The notes beneath the pieces are model-generated. The model saw only the letters and a list, made by a program, of their open reading frames with translations, ran no database searches and was not told where the DNA came from. This document shows positions 10,001-19,578 of a stretch of 64,000 nucleotides of DNA, piece after piece. Made by a program: the position numbers and the translations under genes. Each line of letters starts with the position of its first letter. Position 1 is the first letter of the stretch. Origin of the DNA: a virus; the IMG/VR virus record IMGVR_UViG_3300009408_000003, positions 32,001 through 96,000 of that record. One strand, 5' to 3'.

Positions 10001-12870
10001 GCATCTGAAGTAACAGTTACTATATTTGTCGATTGTGTTGTAGTTATACCTCCAGTAGTTGTAATTGTTCCAATACTAGTAAACACATCAGTCGAACCTT
10101 CTATTGCAGAAACTTCTATACTAGTTGGAACAGTAGAACCACTTCCACTAGAATCAGCTTGAATTACTTGTGATAACGGATTTGCAAATGTGATAACACT
10201 TGGAGTAGCATTTTTAGCTTTACTATATGTAACTATTCTTTGAAAATCCGTTGTTATTCCATTTCCGGCTTTGTATCTTAATGATAATTCTATTGAACCA
10301 CTATCATTAAATAATGTAGATATTCCATAAGTGTTTGTTGATGGATTTATTTGATTTGGTGTACACCCAGAACCGGTTACAGCAATAATATCAAATCTAT
10401 TATTTGTACTTAATCCAGATTCAAAGGATATCGGTGTAAATCCTACGTTTACCGAAATTGCTCCGTCTCCAGTATCGTATGTGTTTGATGATGCATTACC
10501 GGTGGATAATGACGGAAAAACAACACTTTCTTTAGTAAGACTTACAGAAATTGCATCAAAATTAATTAATGGGGTTATTGTTACTGAATCCGAATATTCA
10601 TTTGCAAGCGAATCTGACCCAGTAAATTCATATGTTACACTTCCGACTGAATAATTATAGTTTGAACCTTGTAATTGAAAAACACGTTTTCCACCGTTAT
10701 CTAAAACTAATTCTAATGGTGGTGCTCCACTTCCAGAATTTACTGTTATTGGAGTTGTATTTGAAGCTAAATTTAATCGTTCTACTTGAAAATCTATAAT
10801 TTGGTTACTAGGTCGTATAACCAGTTCGGTTGGTTCGTAATAAAAATTTGTAGAAGTAGATGAAGCTAATAATGATGAAATTCCTAATGCATCTTCAAAT
10901 CGATAAATAGTTTGAAATTTAGTAGTATCTTCAACAGATGCAGAATATATTATTGAACCAACGGTTACTGCTGAATTGCTTCCTGTATAATTTGAGATAG
11001 TTAATGTCGCACCATCATCAGTTACATTTGTTAAAAATCCAGGATATTGTCCACCTGCATATGAAGCTGATGTTAAATATGTACCTACATCATCAAAAGC
11101 TGAAGATGCGTATGTAGTACTACCAGTTAATAAATTTTTAGTTATCGTAAATCCTATTTGTTGAAACACAGGATTTCCACTTGAACCTGATGAAAATCTG
11201 AAAGTTGATGTATCTGTAGTAAACTCTAAAAATTTTGTTAATTGAGATGCATTAGAAGTATTACCGCCTGTAAATGTGTAAGTTGAAGTTACATCAACTG
11301 GAATAAAATTATTATTTATATCATAAAATTCAAATTTAAAATCAAATGTTTCTTCTGGTAGTATTCTTGGTACATTTTGTATCAATGTAATTTCATCAGG
11401 TGAAAATGAAGTTTCTTGTGAATTTCGTAAGCTAACATCAGATATATACCAATCATCACCCATAAATTCGAATACAAGTTTAGCATTTGCATCATTTGTA
11501 GCTATTATATTTTTACTTACGCGTGTTATTTCTAAATTAGAATCACTACTTACAGTATCAAAAAAAGTTTGTTCATAGGTAGATGAACTAAGATATGCTT
11601 TAACTGTCTTAGAACTATCTGGAGTACCGTTTAATATTAGTTTAAATGATAATGTATATTCTACATCATTCGCAACTGCAATTGTATTTACTGTTTCAAC
11701 TTTTTGAACTCCACCAACTCCAACATTATAATCTATAAATAATGAATTTAATAATTCTGTATTGTTTATTGATACTGGATGCGCGTTTGATGATGTTATC
11801 CAATATGTTGGGAAATTAGTTTCAGTAAAGTTACCGTATGAAATATCATTTGCATTTTGAATTGTAACATCTTTTAATAATTCGGTTGATTCTATTCTTG
11901 TATCTTGAATAAATTGATAATCTCCTACATCGTTACGAGATTTACGATACACTTTAACGCGTGCTACATCTCCTACAAAAGTTTTTAGTTGATTTATTTT
12001 AATATTAGCAAATGAGCCTGTTAAAGCTGATGCTGTAAATGACTGATTTTCAATATGTTCAAATGTGGTAGTGTATGATGCAGTAGTAAAAGTTTTTACA
12101 ATATTATTTTCCGTGTATGGAGTTTCAACTAAAACATCACGATTATTTAATACGTCGCGTACTGTTCCTGAATAATTTAATGATGGAACTGAAATTATAT
12201 TTTCATCTACTGAACCTGTCCAAAATGAATCGTCTACGGTATGTAATTTATATAACGTACCAGCACTCCAGTTAGTTAAATCAGTATTTTCGGTTGGAGT
12301 AATAGGAATTCCAACTAAACTTCCGGTTTGAGTAATATTAGGGGTTACAACTGTAAATATCGGTTTGATAAGTTCAACTATTGTTATATTTGGCCGTTTA
12401 TAAAATCGGACTTTATCCTCGTTTAAAAGTAATTTATTTATTTTAAATTCGTGTTCCCATTTTACATTGTATAATCCGCTCCATTCAACTGGAACATCTA
12501 CTGTTGCGCCAACATCATTAACATAAGTTTTTAGTTCGCCTAATATTGTGATTTTTCCTATGCCAATTGGGGTATCATCATACACATGAATAGATACTAA
12601 TATGGAAGTACCTTCATAATAATCAACTGGAATACCATTTCCAGATTCAAAATATACTGGATTACCTGCTACATCTAAAACTTCTATTTTAATTTCAGAT
12701 GTTGCTTGTAAATGAGGTGTACCCTCAATTAAAAATCCGTTTTTACCACCAGTTAATGTATTATTAAACTCGGTAATTCTAAAATAATTAGAATTTGGAT
12801 TAGTATCTTCTAAAAATGTTTGATAATTAGATAAATTTAAAAGAGGCGCGTATTTTTTGATTATTGCCAT
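7024..12870 (-). CDS. Large tail fibre / baseplate-attached structural protein
   Basis: 1948 aa, S/T/N/G-rich, repeated 'LTNDSHT' modules, collagen-like GATGSNGSNGTNGTNGTD; followed by the fibre tip domain and chaperone. Confidence 0.75.
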   Translation of the reverse strand: MAIIKKYAPLLNLSNYQTFLEDTNPNSNYFRITEFNNTLTGGKNGFLIEGTPHLQATSEIKIEVLDVAGNPVYFESGNGIPVDYYEGTSILVSIHVYDDTPIGIGKITILGELKTYVNDVGATVDVPVEWSGLYNVKWEHEFKINKLLLNEDKVRFYKRPNITIVELIKPIFTVVTPNITQTGSLVGIPITPTENTDLTNWSAGTLYKLHTVDDSFWTGSVDENIISVPSLNYSGTVRDVLNNRDVLVETPYTENNIVKTFTTASYTTTFEHIENQSFTASALTGSFANIKINQLKTFVGDVARVKVYRKSRNDVGDYQFIQDTRIESTELLKDVTIQNANDISYGNFTETNFPTYWITSSNAHPVSINNTELLNSLFIDYNVGVGGVQKVETVNTIAVANDVEYTLSFKLILNGTPDSSKTVKAYLSSSTYEQTFFDTVSSDSNLEITRVSKNIIATNDANAKLVFEFMGDDWYISDVSLRNSQETSFSPDEITLIQNVPRILPEETFDFKFEFYDINNNFIPVDVTSTYTFTGGNTSNASQLTKFLEFTTDTSTFRFSSGSSGNPVFQQIGFTITKNLLTGSTTYASSAFDDVGTYLTSASYAGGQYPGFLTNVTDDGATLTISNYTGSNSAVTVGSIIYSASVEDTTKFQTIYRFEDALGISSLLASSTSTNFYYEPTELVIRPSNQIIDFQVERLNLASNTTPITVNSGSGAPPLELVLDNGGKRVFQLQGSNYNYSVGSVTYEFTGSDSLANEYSDSVTITPLINFDAISVSLTKESVVFPSLSTGNASSNTYDTGDGAISVNVGFTPISFESGLSTNNRFDIIAVTGSGCTPNQINPSTNTYGISTLFNDSGSIELSLRYKAGNGITTDFQRIVTYSKAKNATPSVITFANPLSQVIQADSSGSGSTVPTSIEVSAIEGSTDVFTSIGTITTTGGITTTQSTNIVTVTSDASVMFANNGIINIPINYTDTEGTPGTQTLVATISKTLDGITGSGGIDAKVVKLSAATYVITYNAAGNTPAPSGTLIFSAFSQNFTNAYFKFTTNSAETPNETSYTPGMGSNFDQFSVTIPTTYFISPINVRVGVADGNQTELAFDTVTLLAIKPGTSGDSSEFYYIKPINGTQLKNNQGTLNLPKTISLKDASLNVLDTITLLDVTDGVAGGNIISSTLNTTRVNTNTKDNPSWSYSPTVLNVTGSFYGTDNINYTSDLILTPNYVNPLDYYKYNIGTSDPNITVIVDDGDGNILTENIAIATKDVQVTYTFTDPQTNVITKTHETFYIVSDGQDGYDAITSILTNDSHTIPTDNNGNNGNYAGSGTEIHIYEGTTELSYDGVGTVNGTWNISLTPTNISNGSIIDSGDFVTISNQSNMMSDVASILYEISGSRAGGDLFNISKIQTFSKSKLGASGSNGNNARAVSLTSDKYVVNYDGDDNLVAGQSILLTATAQNFTTPYYEFRSGSSVVQSYSPTATHTPINSSQYPISNTADNWTVNVKENGSGAVLAFDNIDLNGIREGSDAFTVFLTNDSHTFSAPVSGFSGIQYTNGSFEIRVFRGNIQYTYAVSGTNTYSIGTVTTSGISTSQSTVSSQRKFTQSALTADTGNVVVNIIDNTTGTTFSKTFTFGVSRTGATGSNGSNGTNGTNGTDAKKSTTGYVYYQLAALTQPSTPSATSYTFSTFSFSGLTAKWSKTPPIATGDSKYWVSVYNVTETTALGNIGIPTFTAASNSLQFTDIATFSALSGSNTTVINGDNITTGVLKSANYIFDNASNFAATGSVFTLTDGTISTPVFYSNNNNAGFIGSISASSGNIGSWDFNSNTLSSAFNRISLDASNESIIVRDSNDAIKLSINTDTILPDPTIGEIHDKSVVVSNVIHTSYFFNGARYFINADANQYIYYDTPAVLAGSTTLYSAVWDIPSLIFNAASPSGGFTNIGLTLEIRTASYI

Positions 12871-12889
12871 AAGAATATTCTGTATATTC

Positions 12890-12898
12890 TATAAATAT
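12890..12898 (-). promoter_or_regulatory. Putative late promoter ATATTTATA (representative copy)
   Basis: Same 9-mer at 3789, 21067, 23452, 28809, 35681, 56196 and 57084, each shortly upstream of a minus-strand start. Confidence 0.55.
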
Positions 12899-12951
12899 AT
12901 CAAAAAATTAAATCCTAATATTTATACTAAAGAAATCTAAAGAAATATCAC

Positions 12952-13149
12952 ATGGAAAAATATAAAATGGTTCAGCTAAATAATAATACCCACTCTCTAT
13001 TACGTCAATACGCAAAAGAAAATGGATATTCTATAAAAGGATTAATTCACAAAATGATTAGTGAACGAATTGGTAATAGAAATATAAAAATTGACCCAAA
13101 TAAAGTTATAAAGTCTCAGCCAAGAATGATAAGTTCTAAGTTTTTGTAG
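12952..13149 (+). CDS. Small ribbon-helix-helix-like DNA-binding protein
   Basis: KMVQLNNNTHSLLRQYAKENGYSIKGLI fits the beta-alpha-alpha RHH pattern; fills the gap between minus-strand genes; the only convincing plus-strand gene. Confidence 0.55.
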   Translation: MEKYKMVQLNNNTHSLLRQYAKENGYSIKGLIHKMISERIGNRNIKIDPNKVIKSQPRMISSKFL

Positions 13150-13426
13150 TTGATATTTTATTATGGACTATGTGTGTATCACCACATTTTTCACACTTGC
13201 AAATATTTGCATCTTTATATTTTTCGGGATGTTTTTTATCATAAAGAAAATTTACTAATGTAGATGTATGTTCAGCTGCTCCACATTTTGGACAGCATTC
13301 ATGCTTTTTATGATATTGTTGCATAAATTTTCTACGTTCTTTATCTTGAATTTCACATTTAGCTTTAAATTTTTTTAAAGTTGTATCTGACCAGTTTTGT
13401 GGTTTTGCATATTCGTCTATATTCAT
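13136..13426 (-). CDS. Hypothetical zinc-ribbon protein
   Basis: CPKC and CEKC pairs. Confidence 0.6.
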   Translation of the reverse strand: MNIDEYAKPQNWSDTTLKKFKAKCEIQDKERRKFMQQYHKKHECCPKCGAAEHTSTLVNFLYDKKHPEKYKDANICKCEKCGDTHIVHNKISTTKT

Positions 13427-13431
13427 GTTTT

Positions 13432-14958
13432 TTAAAATTTTACGTGTGAAAATCCGTTTTCTTTTTTAATTTCAACTAAATTATCTACAGCATCACGCAT
13501 TGTATCTATGTGTGATATTATCATTACAAACTCAAATTGAGTTTTTAGATATATAAATAATCTATATAATGATTGCATATTTTCACTATCTAATGTACCA
13601 AACCCTTCATCAATAATTAAAAAATTTGGCCTTGGTAAATTACAAATATTAATTAATGCAACTCTAATTGCTAAACCTGATACGAACCGTTCCATTCCAC
13701 TCGACATTTCTAAACTCCATTTTTGGTCGCCATATACAAGATTTGCATTTATATTTTTTCCATCTATTTCAAATTGAATACCAAATTCTACTATTTGAGC
13801 AAGTATATTATTTACTTCTCCCTCAATCATCGGTAACGCTTTTTCAATTAATTCATATGAAACACCATCTTTACTTAATGCGTTCAAATAATATTTAAAT
13901 AAATTAGTTTGTTGCTCTAAATCTTTAACTTCTTGAATTCTATCTTTAATAGTTTGTATTTGAGATTTAAGACCAGAATACGTTCCATTAAGACTTAAAA
14001 TTATTTTGTTTAATTTTCGTTCATGCTCCTTAGTGGCAACTAGACTATTACGAATTACTGATAGTTGACCACGTACTATTTTATTTTTATTTATTTGAGC
14101 TTCATTTTTATAGTATTCTTCAATTAATTTAGTTTGAGTATAAAGTTGAGATTCATTTTTAGCTTCGGCCGTTTCATACGTAGCAATTTTATTTATAAGA
14201 TTTGATAGTTCTCTTTCAACTTGTATTTCTTTAGATTGCGTATCTTTTAATATAATATCAGTTTCTTCTATATTTTTTAATTCTAATAATTTATTATCTA
14301 ACCGTAGTTTTTCATTATTATAAGATTCTAATAATTTATTTTGACGTTGTAATTCAAGTTTTGCGCTTTCTTTTGATGCAATTATACTTGTTGAGTTCTC
14401 CATACAAATTTTACAGTTGGGATTATATTTATGCGAGTTTAAATGAGCTAATCTTTGAATTAATGAATCATTTTTAATAATTAATTTATCAATTTCATTT
14501 TTTACAATAATCATTTGATTATTTACTGTATGTAATTTTACTAAATCAATACTTAGTTGTTCTTCATCGATACTATCAAGTATTTCTTCTAATCGTAATT
14601 GTAACCGTTCTAATTCTAATATTCTTGTTTGAGTTTGATTTTTTTGGCGTAATGTTTCTACTGATTGATTTTCCAATAAATGTTTTCGCTTTAATAGTTC
14701 AGTAATACCCACTAAATCAGAATCAAGTCGAACAATTTGACTATTTAATTTAATAATTTTTTTGTTAAATTCATCAAGTTTGTTTCGTTCTTGCTGTAAT
14801 TCAAGATCTTTTGTAGCATATTCGCTTTTTACCTTAATAAGTTCAGTTTCATTTTTAGCTAATTTAGTCGTAAAATCATCTTTATTAAATTTTCTGATAA
14901 TGGTCGCCGTATCACGATTTTCATCACTAGCTAATTGATACAGTTTATCAAAAGTTGC
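13432..14958 (-). CDS. Rad50/SbcC/gp46-like ATPase, C-terminal part
   Basis: Zinc hook CKIC, signature MSSGMERF, Walker B LIIDEGFGTLD, H-loop ISH; frame is open upstream of the annotated GTG (14712) to 14958. Confidence 0.85.
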   Translation of the reverse strand, partial: ATFDKLYQLASDENRDTATIIRKFNKDDFTTKLAKNETELIKVKSEYATKDLELQQERNKLDEFNKKIIKLNSQIVRLDSDLVGITELLKRKHLLENQSVETLRQKNQTQTRILELERLQLRLEEILDSIDEEQLSIDLVKLHTVNNQMIIVKNEIDKLIIKNDSLIQRLAHLNSHKYNPNCKICMENSTSIIASKESAKLELQRQNKLLESYNNEKLRLDNKLLELKNIEETDIILKDTQSKEIQVERELSNLINKIATYETAEAKNESQLYTQTKLIEEYYKNEAQINKNKIVRGQLSVIRNSLVATKEHERKLNKIILSLNGTYSGLKSQIQTIKDRIQEVKDLEQQTNLFKYYLNALSKDGVSYELIEKALPMIEGEVNNILAQIVEFGIQFEIDGKNINANLVYGDQKWSLEMSSGMERFVSGLAIRVALINICNLPRPNFLIIDEGFGTLDSENMQSLYRLFIYLKTQFEFVMIISHIDTMRDAVDNLVEIKKENGFSHVKF

Positions 14959-15869
14959 TCACCATTTAATGATTTAACTACTCCTGCGGTTTCTTTCCAA
15001 AAATTTACATTTACTTTAAGATTAGTTTTTTTACGAGTCCACTTTGCGGTACGTTCAATAAAATATTTAGTTTCATCTATTTCAAATTCAAATTTACAAT
15101 AAAAACTGTCTTTTCTATTATTTAATATATGTTTAGATGAATTACTTCTTGAAGTTTTATCAAATATACAAAATAATAATGCAGAAAATAATGATGATTT
15201 TCCTGCAGTATTTGGAGCAAAAACACCTATCATGCCTCTTGCTTTATCAAAATTTATTATATTGTGTTCACCATATGAAAACATATTATCAAACTCAAAT
15301 TTTATTGGAGTCCAAATTATATTTTCTACTCGGTTAGTATCATTTATTTGTGAATTAATATTTGAATTTATATCAGTTATATAATTTAAATCTGATTCAT
15401 CTAGCAGATATTGTCTTTTTAAATAGTCTCGTATTAATTGATTCTGAAAAGTTACGTCATGTACTTCACCAACAATATTTTTATTTAAGTTTGAGTTTGT
15501 TTTAAGATTACCAATCGTATCAGTACGTGTTACCGTAACTTCTGCAACTTTAAACAGTTTTTTTAATTCTGTGATTCGAAGTTTCATATCTGCAGCTTCT
15601 GTTTTGGTAAATCGCAATCTTAAATGAGGATATTTCGGTAATTTTGTGTTAACTTCATCATACACCCAATCTGGTATTATTCCGTTTATAACATCTATTG
15701 TTAAATATCCATAATCATTGCGAATATTATGTTCGGTAAAGTTTCTTTTTTTGACATCCCATAATAAATATCCATGCTTTTCTAAAAGTTCGCCATGATT
15801 CTGTTGTACCAAACTGCCACAATATGCAACTGCAGGCCGTATTCGTTTAATTTTTATTTTTTTACCCAT
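14931..15869 (-). CDS. Mre11/SbcD C-terminal part fused to the Rad50/SbcC N-terminal ATPase lobe
   Basis: AYCGSLVQQNHGE (last phosphoesterase motif) followed by FDNMFSYG and Walker A APNTAGKS. Confidence 0.85.
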   Translation of the reverse strand: MGKKIKIKRIRPAVAYCGSLVQQNHGELLEKHGYLLWDVKKRNFTEHNIRNDYGYLTIDVINGIIPDWVYDEVNTKLPKYPHLRLRFTKTEAADMKLRITELKKLFKVAEVTVTRTDTIGNLKTNSNLNKNIVGEVHDVTFQNQLIRDYLKRQYLLDESDLNYITDINSNINSQINDTNRVENIIWTPIKFEFDNMFSYGEHNIINFDKARGMIGVFAPNTAGKSSLFSALLFCIFDKTSRSNSSKHILNNRKDSFYCKFEFEIDETKYFIERTAKWTRKKTNLKVNVNFWKETAGVVKSLNGEQLLINCIN

Positions 15870-15884
15870 GTATTTTTTTAATAG

Positions 15885-17516
15885 TTATTTATCAACAATC
15901 CATCCTTTATCTAAATATAATTGCAAATCATCTTCATCTATTTCCATGTATTCTTCGCTAAATTTTTGTAGAAGTTGTCGTTTGTGTATATCTCCAAGCA
16001 TCGAAATTTGAAATCCATCGAACATATCAACTATAAATGAATTCGATGCTACTGTATATCCAATATCGGTTTGAGCTTTATTAACTGGCCCATGAAAACA
16101 ACATATTTTATTTTTCATATTAATATCATACCCATTTGGCCAGTTAATTTTATTGTCCATTATAGAATATACTACCCAATTTAAATTTTTAAATGGATAT
16201 ATCCCAGTTTCTCGTAAATAATGAAGTTTTGGATTATTTAAATTTTCAACTATTGGTGTTAATACATCTAATCGATAATTATTATTTAAGTTGCAATTCC
16301 CTGAAATTGATATTTTATCTTTATACCGTATTAATAAATTATCATTTGGTACTGTTAAACAATATACATCATCATCATAATCAATTAAATTTATTTCTTT
16401 AATTATTGAATTTCTTATTTTATTTGAATCAGTACAACTTGCATGATATTGCTGTTTTGAATTAGTATATTTTCCAACTATAACAGATTTATTTAAACGA
16501 GATGTATACCCAGCTAAACGTGCAATTGTAAATAATATATCAACACTATTTTTATTAATTGATGAAAATCTCCAATAGTTTCCACGAGAAGTATTCCCAT
16601 CACCATGTAAATAGCCATCAATAAATGATCTATAAAAACTTAAATTTTTATTTAATATTTCAATAGGAATTTCTTTTTTACCATCAAAAAAATTATAAAT
16701 ATTTTTAGCTAAAGTTGAATAAATATTAATATAAACAGTCCCATCTGATTGCACGTTTATATTATATGAATAATTTAATTCATCTAATAAATTAGATAAA
16801 TATTTTATTTTACGCTGTTTTTTTAAATGAAATTGTATTCTACAACTTCCTGTTTTTTTATTTTTCAAAACAAACGTACCATCTGCAAATGAAAATCCTA
16901 ATAATTTTGCATATATATTTGGGATATAATTATTTACAATACCATTTAAAGGTATTGGTGTATTAATTTTAATATCTTTAGCCGTTTTTTTGTAAAATTT
17001 ATTAGGATAGTGTGAATATGTATACAAAATATTGTGAGTAGGTGTTACAATTTGCTCAATATCTTTTCCTTTTAAGTGAATTAAATTTACTTTATATCGC
17101 TTTTTAATGTTAGCTATAGGTGTTTGAAATTCAATTTCTGAATTATTTATATTAAATGTTGCAACATCATCTTTTTTAGAATTATTTACATAATCTGCAA
17201 ATGTTATCCACCCAGTTTTTGTTAAAACTTCATGATTAGGTGTAAAACAATCGTGATTGCCGGCAATTATAAAAGTATCTCGTAAATTAGCACATTCGGT
17301 AAAAAACCAACTTATTTCTTGCACTAATTCAGGTGACATTTCAGTTTTAGCATGAGCTATATCACCCGCTATATAAATAACTGAATTTTTGATGTTATCT
17401 GTTTTTACTTGTTTTAAGAATTTTCTAAATACTGCTCTATATTCTTTATGTCTTTGAATATTTCTTATATGCAAATCAGAAATATGATATATATGTGTGA
17501 TATCGGTATTATTCAT
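15885..17516 (-). CDS. Mre11/SbcD/gp47-like metallophosphoesterase N-terminal part, intein-containing
   Basis: SDLH, GDIAH, GNHD, FHG and GDIH motifs; 318-aa intein inserted right after GNHD. Confidence 0.9.
   Translation of the reverse strand: MNNTDITHIYHISDLHIRNIQRHKEYRAVFRKFLKQVKTDNIKNSVIYIAGDIAHAKTEMSPELVQEISWFFTECANLRDTFIIAGNHDCFTPNHEVLTKTGWITFADYVNNSKKDDVATFNINNSEIEFQTPIANIKKRYKVNLIHLKGKDIEQIVTPTHNILYTYSHYPNKFYKKTAKDIKINTPIPLNGIVNNYIPNIYAKLLGFSFADGTFVLKNKKTGSCRIQFHLKKQRKIKYLSNLLDELNYSYNINVQSDGTVYINIYSTLAKNIYNFFDGKKEIPIEILNKNLSFYRSFIDGYLHGDGNTSRGNYWRFSSINKNSVDILFTIARLAGYTSRLNKSVIVGKYTNSKQQYHASCTDSNKIRNSIIKEINLIDYDDDVYCLTVPNDNLLIRYKDKISISGNCNLNNNYRLDVLTPIVENLNNPKLHYLRETGIYPFKNLNWVVYSIMDNKINWPNGYDINMKNKICCFHGPVNKAQTDIGYTVASNSFIVDMFDGFQISMLGDIHKRQLLQKFSEEYMEIDEDDLQLYLDKGWIVDK
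16296..17249 (-). mobile_element. Intein with LAGLIDADG homing endonuclease
   Basis: Starts CFTPNHEVLTKTGW; ends VYCLTVPNDNLLIRYKDKISISGN with +1 Cys; internal LLGFSFADG and FIDGYLHGDG. Confidence 0.92.
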
Positions 17517-17950
17517 TTATTGATATATTATTTTGTATATTAATTTATTATGTTTACAGTATTCTATTGCAGCTTTATTTTTTTCATCTATAATTTCTTG
17601 ATTATATATTCTTCCTTTTAATTCTATTAAATGCAATTCACCATTTGTATATGTAATTAAAAAATCTGGGGAGTATGTATGTAATTTTCCGTTATACGAA
17701 TATTCTATTAAAATTCCATGCTTCTTTGTCCATTTAGCCACACTATCATCTTTATCATATTTTTTCATATATTCAAGTTCAAATCCAGACGAATACTATT
17801 CATCCATACCAGTCTTAATGCTCACATAATGGCCACGTTTATACATCTTGGGCCCACTTTATCTTGATTATTTAATGCCCAGTTTGCAAGAAAATTTTTC
17901 CTCTTAGCGGAGTTCCACACTTCTGATTTTTCTTTTGATTTAGATATCAT
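17517..17950 (-). pseudogene. Degenerate TnsA-like PD-(D/E)xK endonuclease
   Basis: YSPDFLITY...LIELKG motif. In-frame TAG at 17796-17798 within MYKRG...GMDE*YSSGFELEYM, plus an apparent frameshift near 17850. Confidence 0.55.
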
Positions 17951-18000
17951 CGGTGTTTTGCTTAATCATGTATGTGAAGTTGTAATCGTTACTATTATAA

Positions 18001-18939
18001 TTACAAATTATTTAATTTTTGTGAAATTATATCGCTATAATTGGTGTGGTCTGTTTCGCGAATTATTTTAGTGGTGGCTGCAAACCCCATTTCTGATGCA
18101 TCCTTATGATTAGGTATTATGTTTTTTACCCTCACTCCTTGCGCTCTAAAGAAATTTGTATAGTACAATGCTTGTGATTGTGCATCTGCATCCAACATTA
18201 TATTAATATCGGTTGTATTAGATACAAATATTTTTTTCATTAATTTTTTAGGTATAAATTTACCAAGTAGCGGTATAGCATTTCGTTTTATACTCATCGC
18301 ATCAAATATTCCTTCGCATAGCGTTAGGGGTTCATTCCAACATATTTGATTTTCTAATGCAATTATATTTTTACTATATAATGGGTTTTTATATTTATAT
18401 TCTTCGTCATCAAATACAGTTCTAGCTACAAAATAATTAAGTTTACCGTTAATATCGTATGATGGAATAATTATTCTACCTGCATATCTACCAGTTTTAC
18501 AATATCCTATATTGTACCGTATAATATCACATTTAGTTATATTTCGATTATTAAGATAATAAATTACACGTTTATATAACGGATTAAATGTTGTGTCCTC
18601 TTTTGCTAACGATATAAATTCTTCTGGTAATAATAATTCAATTTCAGGTTCAGTTGTTGTATGTGCAACTATATAATCATTGCCATATATTTTATTTAAT
18701 GTAGTTAATGTTTTTGGTTCAACATTAAGTTTTTTGAGTAAATTATAAATTTTTAAACCTTTAGCACCGCAAACCCAACATTGCCATTTTTGGGATTCAA
18801 CATGTACTTCAAGTTTTTTCTTATGATGATGACAAAATGGACAATAATATGCTCTGTTATCTTTAGCGGTTGGTGTTCCAACCCCTAATATAATATCAAG
18901 AATTTGTATTACCTTTGTTTTATCGTGTTGTGAAAGCAT
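18001..18939 (-). CDS. DNA primase (zinc finger + Toprim)
   Basis: CPFC...CWVC zinc finger, GRIIIPSYD...YFVAR, LCEGIFDA, MLDAD. Confidence 0.9.
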   Translation of the reverse strand: MLSQHDKTKVIQILDIILGVGTPTAKDNRAYYCPFCHHHKKKLEVHVESQKWQCWVCGAKGLKIYNLLKKLNVEPKTLTTLNKIYGNDYIVAHTTTEPEIELLLPEEFISLAKEDTTFNPLYKRVIYYLNNRNITKCDIIRYNIGYCKTGRYAGRIIIPSYDINGKLNYFVARTVFDDEEYKYKNPLYSKNIIALENQICWNEPLTLCEGIFDAMSIKRNAIPLLGKFIPKKLMKKIFVSNTTDINIMLDADAQSQALYYTNFFRAQGVRVKNIIPNHKDASEMGFAATTKIIRETDHTNYSDIISQKLNNL

Positions 18940-18957
18940 AATTTATAGTTATAACTA

Positions 18958-18990
18958 CAAATATACGAAAAAAAAATGAGAAATCCTAAT
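18958..18990 (-). promoter_or_regulatory. Phage early/middle promoter TAGGA-N18-TATATTTG
   Basis: One of 8 fixed-spacing copies; upstream of primase. Confidence 0.7.
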
Positions 18991-18992
18991 AA

Positions 18993-19430
18993 TTAAACGT
19001 CTTTTCTGAAATATGTTCCGTTTATGTTTGAATTATAATAATTTGTATGCGGTTCTATAACTTCATTTAAAAATAATTCTTTGGTTTCTAAATAACTTAA
19101 TTGTTTTTTGGTTTTTGCAAAATACAGAATTTTTTTAGTATATTTCATACCGTTTTTTATATCTTCGTTTAATTCTGTATTAGAACCAGTATATACTTTC
19201 CAATTAGATTCTTTTTTTGCCATTTCGTAAAGTTTCAATCGTTTATCAGTAACTAATGCTGCTTCTTTTTTTCCGAATTTTCGTTTTCTAACGGTATATA
19301 AAAGTTTTCTTCCCACATATTTTTTATTAGTTTTAGTAGTAATTTCATATACGAATCCGATTGTATCATCTGGCATATCTGATAAATCAGTTATTAAGAC
19401 GTTATTATATGTCCATATTGGTACTGTCAT
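18993..19430 (-). CDS. GIY-YIG family endonuclease
   Basis: GFVYEITTKTNKKYVGRK...YTGS...YYNSNI pattern. Confidence 0.75.
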   Translation of the reverse strand: MTVPIWTYNNVLITDLSDMPDDTIGFVYEITTKTNKKYVGRKLLYTVRKRKFGKKEAALVTDKRLKLYEMAKKESNWKVYTGSNTELNEDIKNGMKYTKKILYFAKTKKQLSYLETKELFLNEVIEPHTNYYNSNINGTYFRKDV

Positions 19431-19578
19431 GTTTTTTAATATTTAAATTAATATAGATAGTTTGTCATTTAAATTATGAAATAATGAATTAGATATATTT
19501 CATTCTTGAACTATCTAATTTTGAAAAATGTTAGATTATTGTTTCGGAGTTATCCCGATTTATTTTTTGGTGAATAAA

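Noticed and set aside
15885-15887. Ochre read-through of the Mre11 stop by the atypical tRNA at 63001-63074
   Set aside because: TAA is the main stop codon in this genome, the tRNA loop is 8 nt, and the downstream ORF has its own ATG
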